A DNA stretch of 15,424 nt from an uncultured archaeon (GCA_964510585.1 CAZECW010000024.1:1-15424), one strand, 5' to 3'; shown: positions 7,239 through 14,928, counted from the first letter of the stretch. Numbers and translations: made by a program. The notes: a model not told the origin generated them from the sequence alone.

Positions 7239-9146
7239 CTATGGTGGGAGTCCTAACTCTTTAAGTTTTTCTTTAGTGGGAATGCCGTTTTTGTCCCATC
7301 CTCGTTCATCGTAGTAGTCGTCGATTAGTTTTTCCACATCCGCTTTTGTGTACTGTTTGGTCATGTAGTAGTCCTTCCACCAGAACTCCATGTTGCCCAG
7401 TTTTAGAGGTTCCTCAAGCCACTTTTGAGGGTAGCTGTCATCCTTTCTTGAGAAACCTTCGCGAATATTAATGATTCTTTGAAGATTGTTGATTTTTTCA
7501 CCGAATCTAAGGAGCTCCCTTGCAGTAATTTCGACACCAGTCGCTGCGGTGAACAGTTCTGTTACGGTGTTGAGGTTGTAATTAACGGCTATGGGATGTC
7601 TAAAACAAATTCCCAAGATATTCATTACACCATACCAGTCTTCGATCCACTTTGTGAATCTTGCCATGTTGAGTTCCGGTTGAAAAATGTTGGTCATTCT
7701 GTCTTCTGGTACTCCTATCCGGTTACAGTGCCTCATCAACTTGTCGGGGGTTCTTCCGGGCACCATGGTTGGTGATAATGCCGGTACAACGTGGAAGCCC
7801 CCTCTGGGATTCACAATTTGCTCAAAACACTCCGAGTTAAAAATCATTCGTGGATCACTCAGAACATCTAACCCCTTGATGATAAAAGCATACTTCTCCG
7901 CTTCTTCACCAAACCTCCTAATGCACGAAAGCCACCCTTCAGCAAGTATATTTCCCAAGCCCTGCCTATTTGTAATCTGTTCAACAAGTGTTTTCGCAGT
8001 TTCAAAGTTTCTCATGAGTTCCAAGCCCTCGGTGACATCGTCGCTAATTATTCCCCTCTCATAAAGGTCTATAGCATAGTCTATTATCGCTGAGGTTGTT
8101 ACTGTTTCCAGCCCATAATCGTTTGCCATTTCCTCCAGTTTAACCCCTCTACTATAGTCCTGCAAGTCAAATCTTATCCCCCAAAATACCGCAACTCCTC
8201 CGAAATGTGCCATAGTGGCCTTCAAACCCTTGTACTCTCCATCCATAGCTTCCATCTTGAACTTGCAACCAATGGGGCAAGTGGGACAAGCAATATTTGA
8301 CCTCTTTACTTTCTCAAGTACTTTAATGCCATAAAGCTTGTTGGCTTGGCCTGGAGGATATAGTTCGCTCCAGTTCTTGTAAGGATAAGTGATTTCTGGG
8401 AAAGAGCCCCAAGCATACATTGAACCTTGTCTTGACCATCTCTCCCTGTCAGGCCACTGTCTAATGTTCTCAATTATGGGATTAATCAGTTGCCTGAACT
8501 TCTTTTTGTTCGCAACCCTTATGCCCTTGGTGCCTTTAACAACTACTGCCTTCAATTTTTTAGAACCCATAAGTGCCCCTAGGCCACCTTTACCGAGGGT
8601 ACTTGCCTTGTTTATCAGAGAGAAACTGAACCTAACCAGATTTTCTCCCGCCTGTCCAATAGCTTGCACCGCGCAGTCGTGTCCAAACTGCTTCCACAAT
8701 TCATCTGTGGTGTGCCGGATGCCCTTGCCCCAGAGGTGACTTGCATCCCCCAACTCCACGTCATCGTCAAAAATCTTGATGTAAACCGGCTCTTCAGACT
8801 TTCCAGTAATCACTAGATAATCGTAACCCGCGTATTTTAGCTGGTGTGCTAAACCCAAACCACCAGCAGCCGGAGCAACCACACCGTTAAGGGGAGCCTT
8901 GTAAACAGCGAACATCTTGGTGGCTCCGGGTACAGAGGTTCCTACCAATATGCCTGTTCCGTAGATTATGGGGTTCTGTGGAGATAGTGGATCTATTCCT
9001 GGTTTTATTAAGTCGTAGGCTAGTTTGAACTGTATTCCCCATCCTCCAAGAAACTCCTTTTTCAGACTTTCCTTTAGCTCCTCTTTTTTCACGCTTCCCT
9101 CTTTCAAGTCGACGTAAAGAATATTTCCACCATAAGGCTCATCCAT
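7239..9146 (-). CDS. aor: Aldehyde:ferredoxin oxidoreductase family (tungsten-pterin, [4Fe-4S]) protein, 635 aa
   Basis: Start moved to ATG 9146 (MDEPYGGNILYVDL), preceded by a GGAGGT RBS. Motifs include GALMGSKKLKAVVVKG, CPTCPIGC, SDPR, NPRGGFH and the C-terminal YYDERGWDKNGIPTKEKLKELGL. The symbol is family-level. Confidence 0.92.
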   Translation of the reverse strand: MDEPYGGNILYVDLKEGSVKKEELKESLKKEFLGGWGIQFKLAYDLIKPGIDPLSPQNPIIYGTGILVGTSVPGATKMFAVYKAPLNGVVAPAAGGLGLAHQLKYAGYDYLVITGKSEEPVYIKIFDDDVELGDASHLWGKGIRHTTDELWKQFGHDCAVQAIGQAGENLVRFSFSLINKASTLGKGGLGALMGSKKLKAVVVKGTKGIRVANKKKFRQLINPIIENIRQWPDRERWSRQGSMYAWGSFPEITYPYKNWSELYPPGQANKLYGIKVLEKVKRSNIACPTCPIGCKFKMEAMDGEYKGLKATMAHFGGVAVFWGIRFDLQDYSRGVKLEEMANDYGLETVTTSAIIDYAIDLYERGIISDDVTEGLELMRNFETAKTLVEQITNRQGLGNILAEGWLSCIRRFGEEAEKYAFIIKGLDVLSDPRMIFNSECFEQIVNPRGGFHVVPALSPTMVPGRTPDKLMRHCNRIGVPEDRMTNIFQPELNMARFTKWIEDWYGVMNILGICFRHPIAVNYNLNTVTELFTAATGVEITARELLRFGEKINNLQRIINIREGFSRKDDSYPQKWLEEPLKLGNMEFWWKDYYMTKQYTKADVEKLIDDYYDERGWDKNGIPTKEKLKELGLPP

Positions 9147-9151
9147 TTTTG

Positions 9152-9400
9152 TTATACCTCCTTCACAAGCTCTAGAGTTCCATAAACGCAGAACTTGGCG
9201 CAGATTCCGCACTGATTACAGTCCTCAGTAAAGGTGATTTTGTTTCCGTTTGTGGGATTAATAATAATTCTGGCGGCAGATGGGTTAAATGTGTCAGTAT
9301 AGTTGAAGGAGCAGGCCAGCTGACAGCTCTGACACCCCGAACATTTTTCCGGATGTACAAGGATCTTCCACTTTTTACTTTCCGCCGTTTTTACCACCAC
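9152..9400 (-). CDS. Small 2x[4Fe-4S] ferredoxin-type protein, likely electron-transfer partner of the AOR
   Basis: CSGCQSCQLAC and CNQCGICAKFC motifs. Packed between the ligase stop (9402) and the AOR start (9146). The start codon is uncertain (see findings). Confidence 0.9.
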   Translation of the reverse strand: MVVKTAESKKWKILVHPEKCSGCQSCQLACSFNYTDTFNPSAARIIINPTNGNKITFTEDCNQCGICAKFCVYGTLELVKEV

Positions 9401-9401
9401 A

Positions 9402-10946
9402 TCATTTCCCGGAGTAGATTTTTCTTAGCTCTCTTTTTAGAACCTTACCCGCCGCAGTCATTGGCATAGTTTCGGCAAAAACCACTTTTTTGGGAGCTTT
9501 ATAGTGCGCCAGTCTCGCTCTACAGTGCTCAATTATTTCTTTTTTGAGTTCCTCGCTGGGCTTTATTCCTGGTTTCAACTGTACCACTGCCATGGGAACC
9601 TCTCCCCACTTTTCATCAGGTGTACCTATTACACCCACAAACATCACAGCCGGATGGCTCTGTATAACATTTTCCACTTCAACTGGGTACACGTTTTCGC
9701 CTCCAGTCTTTATCATATCCTTCTTCCTATCAACGATGTATACGTATCCCTGCTCATCCATTCTTGCCAAGTCCCCTGTGTGGAACCAGCCTCCCCTCAA
9801 AGCCTCAGCTGTTTCTCTCGGCCTCTTCCAATACTCCTTCATTACGCGGTCTCCTTTGACAATAATCTCGCCAACCTCACCTACTGGAACATCCACATCC
9901 TCGTCGTCAACTATCCTGACTTGGACGCCCATCATCTCTTTCCCACATGAAGTTATGGTTTTGTAATTTTCCGCCTCTATCTTTTCCCTGGTTTCATTAT
10001 AGAGAAGTACTGTAGCTGTGGTTTCAGCACAGCCGTACGATTGTGCGATGCCTCCGGGGAAAATTTCCATAGACTTTTTAGCTATTGTTTCTGAGAGGGG
10101 AAAAGCCCCGAAAACTGAGCCTCTAATACTGCTGAAATCATATTTTTCAATGTTGGGTATTGAAAAGAGAAAGTAGGCCATAGTAGGAACTAGCGGGCAG
10201 CAATTGATTTTTTCATTCTGAATCACTTCTGCAATCTCTTGGGGATTGAAACCTCTAAGGGTTACATTAACGCCGCCGCCCCAGAAGCAGGTTATGGGTA
10301 TTAGAACCGCAACATGAAAGTAAGGGAAAACGTAGAGCAGTTTGTCTCTAGGATAGAAGCCATAGTGTACCATATAGTCGTAAGCCATAGATACTGCTCC
10401 CTTATGTGTTAACACTGCTCCCTTAGGTACTCCCGTTGTTCCGCTAGTGTACTGAATCATAAAGGGATCGTCCTCACGTAGATCGACTTCTGGGTTAGTC
10501 GCAGGATTATTCTTTATTAAGTCCTCGTAGTACCGCATACCTTCAATGGGCTTTTCAAAGCAGATATAGAATTTTACGGTTTTCAGATCAGACTTTATTG
10601 ATTTTAGGAGTTCTAAATAGCTTTCACCGATTATGAGTGTGTTGGCTTCACTGTCATTTATTTGGTAGGCTATTTCTTGACCCGAAAGTCTAATGTTTAA
10701 GGGCACAGCTATGGCTCCGACCTTGAAAATAGCAAATAGCGTTTCCAAGTATTGGTGACAGTTGCCTTGTAAGATGGCTACTCTGTCGCCCTTCTTTATT
10801 CCGATACTAAGCAGACCATTTGCAAGCCTATAGATCCTCTCTCCAAATTGTCTAAAGTTAAATCTTTTTTTCTGAGTGATGTCTACAAAACACAACTCGT
10901 TGGCATGTCTTCTGATGGCCATATCTACCATATCGCCTAATAACAT
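9402..10946 (-). CDS. fadD: Long-chain-fatty-acid--CoA ligase-like AMP-binding enzyme, 514 aa
   Basis: YTSGTTGVPKGA, SYGCAET, GWFHTGD, RKKDMIKTGGENVYPVEVE and AAGKVLKRELR. Start moved to ATG 10946, which lies 5 nt after a GGTGG RBS. The symbol is family-level. Confidence 0.9.
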   Translation of the reverse strand: MLLGDMVDMAIRRHANELCFVDITQKKRFNFRQFGERIYRLANGLLSIGIKKGDRVAILQGNCHQYLETLFAIFKVGAIAVPLNIRLSGQEIAYQINDSEANTLIIGESYLELLKSIKSDLKTVKFYICFEKPIEGMRYYEDLIKNNPATNPEVDLREDDPFMIQYTSGTTGVPKGAVLTHKGAVSMAYDYMVHYGFYPRDKLLYVFPYFHVAVLIPITCFWGGGVNVTLRGFNPQEIAEVIQNEKINCCPLVPTMAYFLFSIPNIEKYDFSSIRGSVFGAFPLSETIAKKSMEIFPGGIAQSYGCAETTATVLLYNETREKIEAENYKTITSCGKEMMGVQVRIVDDEDVDVPVGEVGEIIVKGDRVMKEYWKRPRETAEALRGGWFHTGDLARMDEQGYVYIVDRKKDMIKTGGENVYPVEVENVIQSHPAVMFVGVIGTPDEKWGEVPMAVVQLKPGIKPSEELKKEIIEHCRARLAHYKAPKKVVFAETMPMTAAGKVLKRELRKIYSGK

Positions 10947-11058
10947 TACAACCACCTTAAACTTTTAAATAAAATTTTTAATTTTTAACTATTCATATTT
11001 AATATTTCCTGAAATATACGAACCACAATTATGTTTCAAAAAAATTATATCTACTATG

Positions 11059-11526
11059 CTAGTCTTCTACCCACACACTACCAGAGCATATATCGTCTCC
11101 CCGCGCTAACAGCTTATCAAAAGACATTTTTACTTTGGGATTCAACTCACGATACATTGACGCAATCCAAGCGGCCATAATATCCACACAGAACTCGGGG
11201 CAATCCATAAGATCGCTCAAAATGGGACAATACGTTACATGCTTTGTAGCTCTTTTGGGGCCCCGCTCAACCCACTTCCCCTTAACTCCTATAAGAGTAT
11301 CTTGCCAATCAATGATTTTCGCCAAGTCGTCAGCATCAAGCTTCTCCAAGTTTAACAGGTTCTTCATTACAGGAGCCATAAACTTTCCCAAGTTGTCAAA
11401 ATGTTCCCTCAAAACATTCAGAAACCGGTCTCCAAACCTCTTTTTAAGGGGCACCATTAAGTGATGAACAAACATTCCCAAAGTTTTAGAAGCAAGTTCC
11501 CATTTCCTCTCAATCGGCATCTCCAT
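11059..11526 (-). CDS. Small four-Cys V4R/ATC-hydrolase-like protein, paralog 3, 155 aa
   Basis: Start moved to ATG 11526 (5 nt after GGTGA; MEMPIERKW aligns with MEMPIEQKW of paralog 1). Cys at 100/109/113/147, ending LLARGDDIC. Confidence 0.85.
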   Translation of the reverse strand: MEMPIERKWELASKTLGMFVHHLMVPLKKRFGDRFLNVLREHFDNLGKFMAPVMKNLLNLEKLDADDLAKIIDWQDTLIGVKGKWVERGPKRATKHVTYCPILSDLMDCPEFCVDIMAAWIASMYRELNPKVKMSFDKLLARGDDICSGSVWVED

Positions 11527-11629
11527 ACCATTCACCATCCATTTTGTTTAATCAAAAACGTTTTTTGTTGAGTTTGCAGCCCAAAAATTGTGTAATATTG
11601 ATCTCAAGCTCCACCCAACCATTTCCAAA

Positions 11630-12751
11630 CTATTTTACTGAGAGAAGAGCTCTGTCAATTGCATCAATGATGGGTTTGGCAATGTCTTCAGGGGAAATTG
11701 CTAGGTAATCTACCCCTTTGGTGTGATAATGCTCGCTAATTTTGCTCTTAATTAACTCTTTGTTAGTGGCGTCCAATCCTTTTAGTGCCTGTTCTAGGGC
11801 ATCCGCCGAATTTGGCGGAACAACCATAAAGTCTCCGCAAATCATGATGTCCGCAATTTTCTTATTTCTATCAATTAGTACATCGGCGGTTATCAGTTTT
11901 CTAGCTTTGAATTTGGCTTTAGCATAGCCGTAGCCCTCTTGTATTTTGGCGAATCTCCTCTTTGAAGATCTTAAAAATTTAAATTCATCTTTGGAACACT
12001 TATCGATGGTATCCTTCAAAGCCTTACTTTCATCCTCAGTTAATGACCTCTCCTCCAGTTTAACACCCAAAACCTCGTCAAGACGCCTAGCAAGTGCCTC
12101 TATATAGTCCCTTGTACTTATCTTCCTACCCGCCTCATCGGAAGCATTTACCACGTATTGCTCAATGCCACTCACACCCTTATCCAAGAACTTTTCGGGG
12201 GGTATGTTTAAGACCTGTTTCAGTAACTCTGGATTCTTTGGTGGCCTCAGATTTACGAATCCTCCTGAACCATAGATTCCAAGGCTGGCTATGTAGAAGT
12301 ATGACGAACCTCCTATTTTCCTCTCTCCTATTTTCATATCTCCTGGATGAACGTATCTCACGTTTTTAGCTCCTAGTAGTTTTAGCGCTCCAACCATAAT
12401 ACCTTCTATGAATTCCTTCATCATAGTTTCAGGGTCACTCCAATGCTTCTCATAGCTTTGTTTGTTAAGCATCGCCACAAGAGTGGGACTCCCCTCGTGG
12501 TAAAGAACATGCCCCGCACCAATAAATCTGCGGCAAATTGAGACTCCATACTTTTCACATTTGTCTACATGTAGTTCTTCGTCTATGTCTCCATAGTAAC
12601 CGAGAGCCATCGTAGGTCCGGTATAGTCTGTTATATACATTGTTGGGGGAATTTTTCCAAAAGCTAAAAGTAGAGGAGCGCTAGTCTGCTGAAAGGTTGC
12701 GAGATGCGCATCGCCCTTCATGTAAACTAGGCTCCACAAATCTTCGGACAA
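11630..12751 (-). CDS. lplA: Lipoate--protein ligase family protein, catalytic and C-terminal domains fused
   Basis: ICRRFIGAGHVLYHE corresponds to the RRxxGGGxVYHD motif. GDMKIGERKIGG carries the catalytic-Lys motif, and IADIMICGDF...LEQALKG marks the C-terminal domain. The likely start is TTG 12751 after GAGGTG; the ORF track uses GTG 12760. Confidence 0.8.
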   Translation of the reverse strand: MSEDLWSLVYMKGDAHLATFQQTSAPLLLAFGKIPPTMYITDYTGPTMALGYYGDIDEELHVDKCEKYGVSICRRFIGAGHVLYHEGSPTLVAMLNKQSYEKHWSDPETMMKEFIEGIMVGALKLLGAKNVRYVHPGDMKIGERKIGGSSYFYIASLGIYGSGGFVNLRPPKNPELLKQVLNIPPEKFLDKGVSGIEQYVVNASDEAGRKISTRDYIEALARRLDEVLGVKLEERSLTEDESKALKDTIDKCSKDEFKFLRSSKRRFAKIQEGYGYAKAKFKARKLITADVLIDRNKKIADIMICGDFMVVPPNSADALEQALKGLDATNKELIKSKISEHYHTKGVDYLAISPEDIAKPIIDAIDRALLSVK

Positions 12752-12760
12752 AATACACAC

Positions 12761-12968
12761 CTCTCCTTTTGTTTATGGATAATTAACTTTCTTATAAAAA
12801 TACTTTTTGGTTGTAAATTATTGAGTAAAATTATGAAAATTAACACAATTGCAGTGTATTTTAGAATAATTTAAATAACATATTTATAGCATTTAATTTA
12901 AAAATAAGCGTACAAGATAATAATTAAATATTTAATATACCATTAATGGTGTTGCTATTGTCTAGGAG
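12761..12968. promoter_or_regulatory. AT-rich divergent promoter region between lplA and the Fe-S cluster
   Basis: Very AT-rich, with perfect palindromes ATTAAATATTTAAT (12923-12936) and ACCATTAATGGT (12939-12950), and TTTATA at 12883-12888. Confidence 0.5.
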
Positions 12969-13805
12969 ATGAAAAACTTGTGCAAATTGTGCGACTTGTT
13001 TGGTGGTGGAGAAACTTGGTATTTTAAACCCGAAAACTATGCTCGAAACATATACAAACTAAGAACGCCGGGGCACAAGGCGGGCTCCGGTAAGGATCCT
13101 GAAACTGTTGCTGGGGAGCTTATGATGGGAGCTCTCCAAGTGAAATTTAATAACCCCGAGAAATTTCCCCAACTAAGAGAGGAAGTCAACAAAAAACTGC
13201 TAGAAGTAAACATATGTCAAGTTGTAACACTGGAGGAATGTAACTACATAATCGAGAATTTAGCGCACCCACTTGCTTTAGTCTCTTGCATCTGCAGACG
13301 TTTACTCCGCGCAAGGGAGGAGACAGATTGGGATAGCTACTCCTGCCTAGCCATTGGAGTGGGGGTCTATAAATGGGAAAGGTGGCCCGAGAGATATAAG
13401 GGAGGTGTTTTATTTGTTTCGCCACAGGAGGCTAAGGAGTGGATTGCCAATTGGGATAAAAAGGGTATGGTTCACCTAGTAATGACCTTTGGTTCCCCCT
13501 ATATAGGAGGAATCTGCAACTGCGACTATGACTGTTTGGCACTGAGGATGCGTCAGTTCTATGATTTTGAATATGTACTTAAAGGACACTATGTGGCCAA
13601 AATTGACTTTGAAAAGTGCAAGGGCTGTGGAACTTGCGCCACAAGATGCCAGTTCGGAGCGATAAGAAAAATTGTGACTAGGAACAAGTTTGTAATTGAC
13701 ATGACCAAGTGCTATGGATGCGCAGTCTGTGTAACAGGCTGTAAAAATGATGCAATCAGCCTAATAAAGCGGGAAAGCTCACCCTCCTTAAAAAATCTGT
13801 GGTGA
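12969..13805 (+). CDS. Cys-rich 4Fe-4S dicluster-domain protein of unknown function, 278 aa
   Basis: C-terminal CKGCGTCATRC and CYGCAVCVTGC ferredoxin motifs, plus an upstream Cys-rich domain (CKLC, SCICR, SC, GICNCDYDC). Confidence 0.85.
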   Translation: MKNLCKLCDLFGGGETWYFKPENYARNIYKLRTPGHKAGSGKDPETVAGELMMGALQVKFNNPEKFPQLREEVNKKLLEVNICQVVTLEECNYIIENLAHPLALVSCICRRLLRAREETDWDSYSCLAIGVGVYKWERWPERYKGGVLFVSPQEAKEWIANWDKKGMVHLVMTFGSPYIGGICNCDYDCLALRMRQFYDFEYVLKGHYVAKIDFEKCKGCGTCATRCQFGAIRKIVTRNKFVIDMTKCYGCAVCVTGCKNDAISLIKRESSPSLKNLW

Positions 13806-13811
13806 TTGAAT

Positions 13812-14060
13812 ATGAGCAAGACTGTACCTAAGATAAGAATTGATAACTCCAAATGTACCACACCTTTTGCTTGCAAAAAGTGTTTGGAAATATGTCCTCA
13901 AGGAGTTTTTGGGGTGATGGCGATTAAAAACGAAATGTATAAAGAGACCGATCCTAAAGAGCCTGGATCTTATCTTCTCATGCCCCTACTAGCTGATAGA
14001 TGTGTGATATGTGGGGACTGCATTAATGCGTGCCCCGTTAGCGCAATAAAAATCAGTTGA
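13812..14060 (+). CDS. Small 2x[4Fe-4S] ferredoxin-type protein, 82 aa
   Basis: CTTPFACKKCLEICP (C-x5-C-x2-C-x3-CP) and CVICGDCINACP. Start moved to ATG 13812, 6 nt after a GGTGA that overlaps the upstream stop. Confidence 0.88.
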   Translation: MSKTVPKIRIDNSKCTTPFACKKCLEICPQGVFGVMAIKNEMYKETDPKEPGSYLLMPLLADRCVICGDCINACPVSAIKIS

Positions 14061-14070
14061 GGAATGGACT

Positions 14071-14643
14071 TTGACCGAAATGTATTTTGATATTAACCAA
14101 AAAATCATCGACGCAATATATGAGGAATTCAACGCAGAAAAAACAGTAAACAAATTAGTTAAAAAAACCTCAGAATTAATAGGCGCAGAACTGGAGGATA
14201 CATTGAAAAATTTTTTCACAGAGTACGGCCTGAGTCTTATGATGAGAGCTCTTGACCTGGGCGAAAGATACCAAGATACAACCTATAAAGTAATAAAGGC
14301 TCACGCAGGAAAAGTTGGACCGTTTCCGAACGTACCCCAAAGGTTCATTGAAATATGTTACCTTAGTGTACTTCAAATAGAGAAACTTACTATAACGGAG
14401 AGCAATCTTAAGAAACTGGGCTACAAGATAGAAAAGTGTTCAATCTATAACACAATCAGAGAGAAAATGGGTGAAAAAGTATCCAATCAAATGTTCTGCA
14501 AACATGCATGTTCCACACTAGCCAAAACATTGTATGAGAATATGAAAATTGAAACTGATTTCCACATTAAGGCACTAATGGCAAAGGACAACTACTGCTA
14601 CTTTGTCTCAGAGAAAAAAACAAATCAGAAAAATAAAATCTAG
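14071..14643 (+). CDS. Hypothetical protein with a C-terminal four-Cys V4R-like motif, ~190 aa
   Basis: Third gene of a tightly spaced run. KC-x19-C-x3-C-x28-C ending LMAKDNYCYF parallels the LAKGDDHC ending of the 155-aa paralogs. The start may be TTG 14071 or ATG 14080. Confidence 0.75.
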   Translation: MTEMYFDINQKIIDAIYEEFNAEKTVNKLVKKTSELIGAELEDTLKNFFTEYGLSLMMRALDLGERYQDTTYKVIKAHAGKVGPFPNVPQRFIEICYLSVLQIEKLTITESNLKKLGYKIEKCSIYNTIREKMGEKVSNQMFCKHACSTLAKTLYENMKIETDFHIKALMAKDNYCYFVSEKKTNQKNKI

Positions 14644-14705
14644 TCCACAAAAATTAATATTGTATTACAAAAGTTTCACTCCGCTGTTCCATGATTTTCT
14701 CGAAT

Positions 14706-14928
14706 GTGGATAAAGTGGCAAAAACTTTCGATGACGAGGGAGGTATAGTTCTTACTCCAGAGAGGCATAAAAAGTGGGATAGAAAAGTGCTTTTAATTAG
14801 GCTCGGTGTAGATGAAATTTTGGTGACCTCTAAGGAAAAAGTTGGCGGGTTTAATTCATTCAATAGAAATTAGTGACGTAAACGACTCCACGGATACCCC
14901 CTAGTTGAGGGAAGCATTATATGAGTAA
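14706..14928 (+). pseudogene. Decayed AbrB/MazE/SpoVT-type (VapB-like) DNA-binding protein gene
   Basis: VDKVAKTFDDEGGIVLTPERHKKWDRKVLLIRLGVDEILV resembles the AbrB-like D-x-x-G-R-I-V-L-P pattern. An acidic-then-helical tail continues in the +1 frame from about 14851 (LIHSIEISDVNDSTDTP*LREALYE*), with an in-frame TAG at 14902. Confidence 0.5.

Noticed and set aside
9147-9212. 22-aa N-terminal extension of the AOR given in the ORF track
   Set aside because: It overlaps the ferredoxin gene. ATG 9146 has a GGAGGT RBS and matches the family N-terminus.
5602-12369. Numerous 60-150-aa ORFs overlapping the ligases, AOR, paralogs and lplA on the opposite strand or in alternative frames
   Set aside because: They lie fully inside well-supported genes, have no motifs or RBS, and are typical shadow ORFs. 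The same applies to those overlapping 1075-4645 and 12969-14873.
13803-13805. Selenocysteine or read-through fusing the 278-aa Fe-S protein to the in-frame ferredoxin
   Set aside because: The TGA is not at a Cys-equivalent position. It is part of a GGTGA RBS correctly spaced from ATG 13812, so ordinary translational coupling explains it.
14902-14904. Pyrrolysine at the in-frame TAG
   Set aside because: It lies in a gene that is also frameshifted, and there is no pyl context. A nonsense mutation is the simpler explanation.
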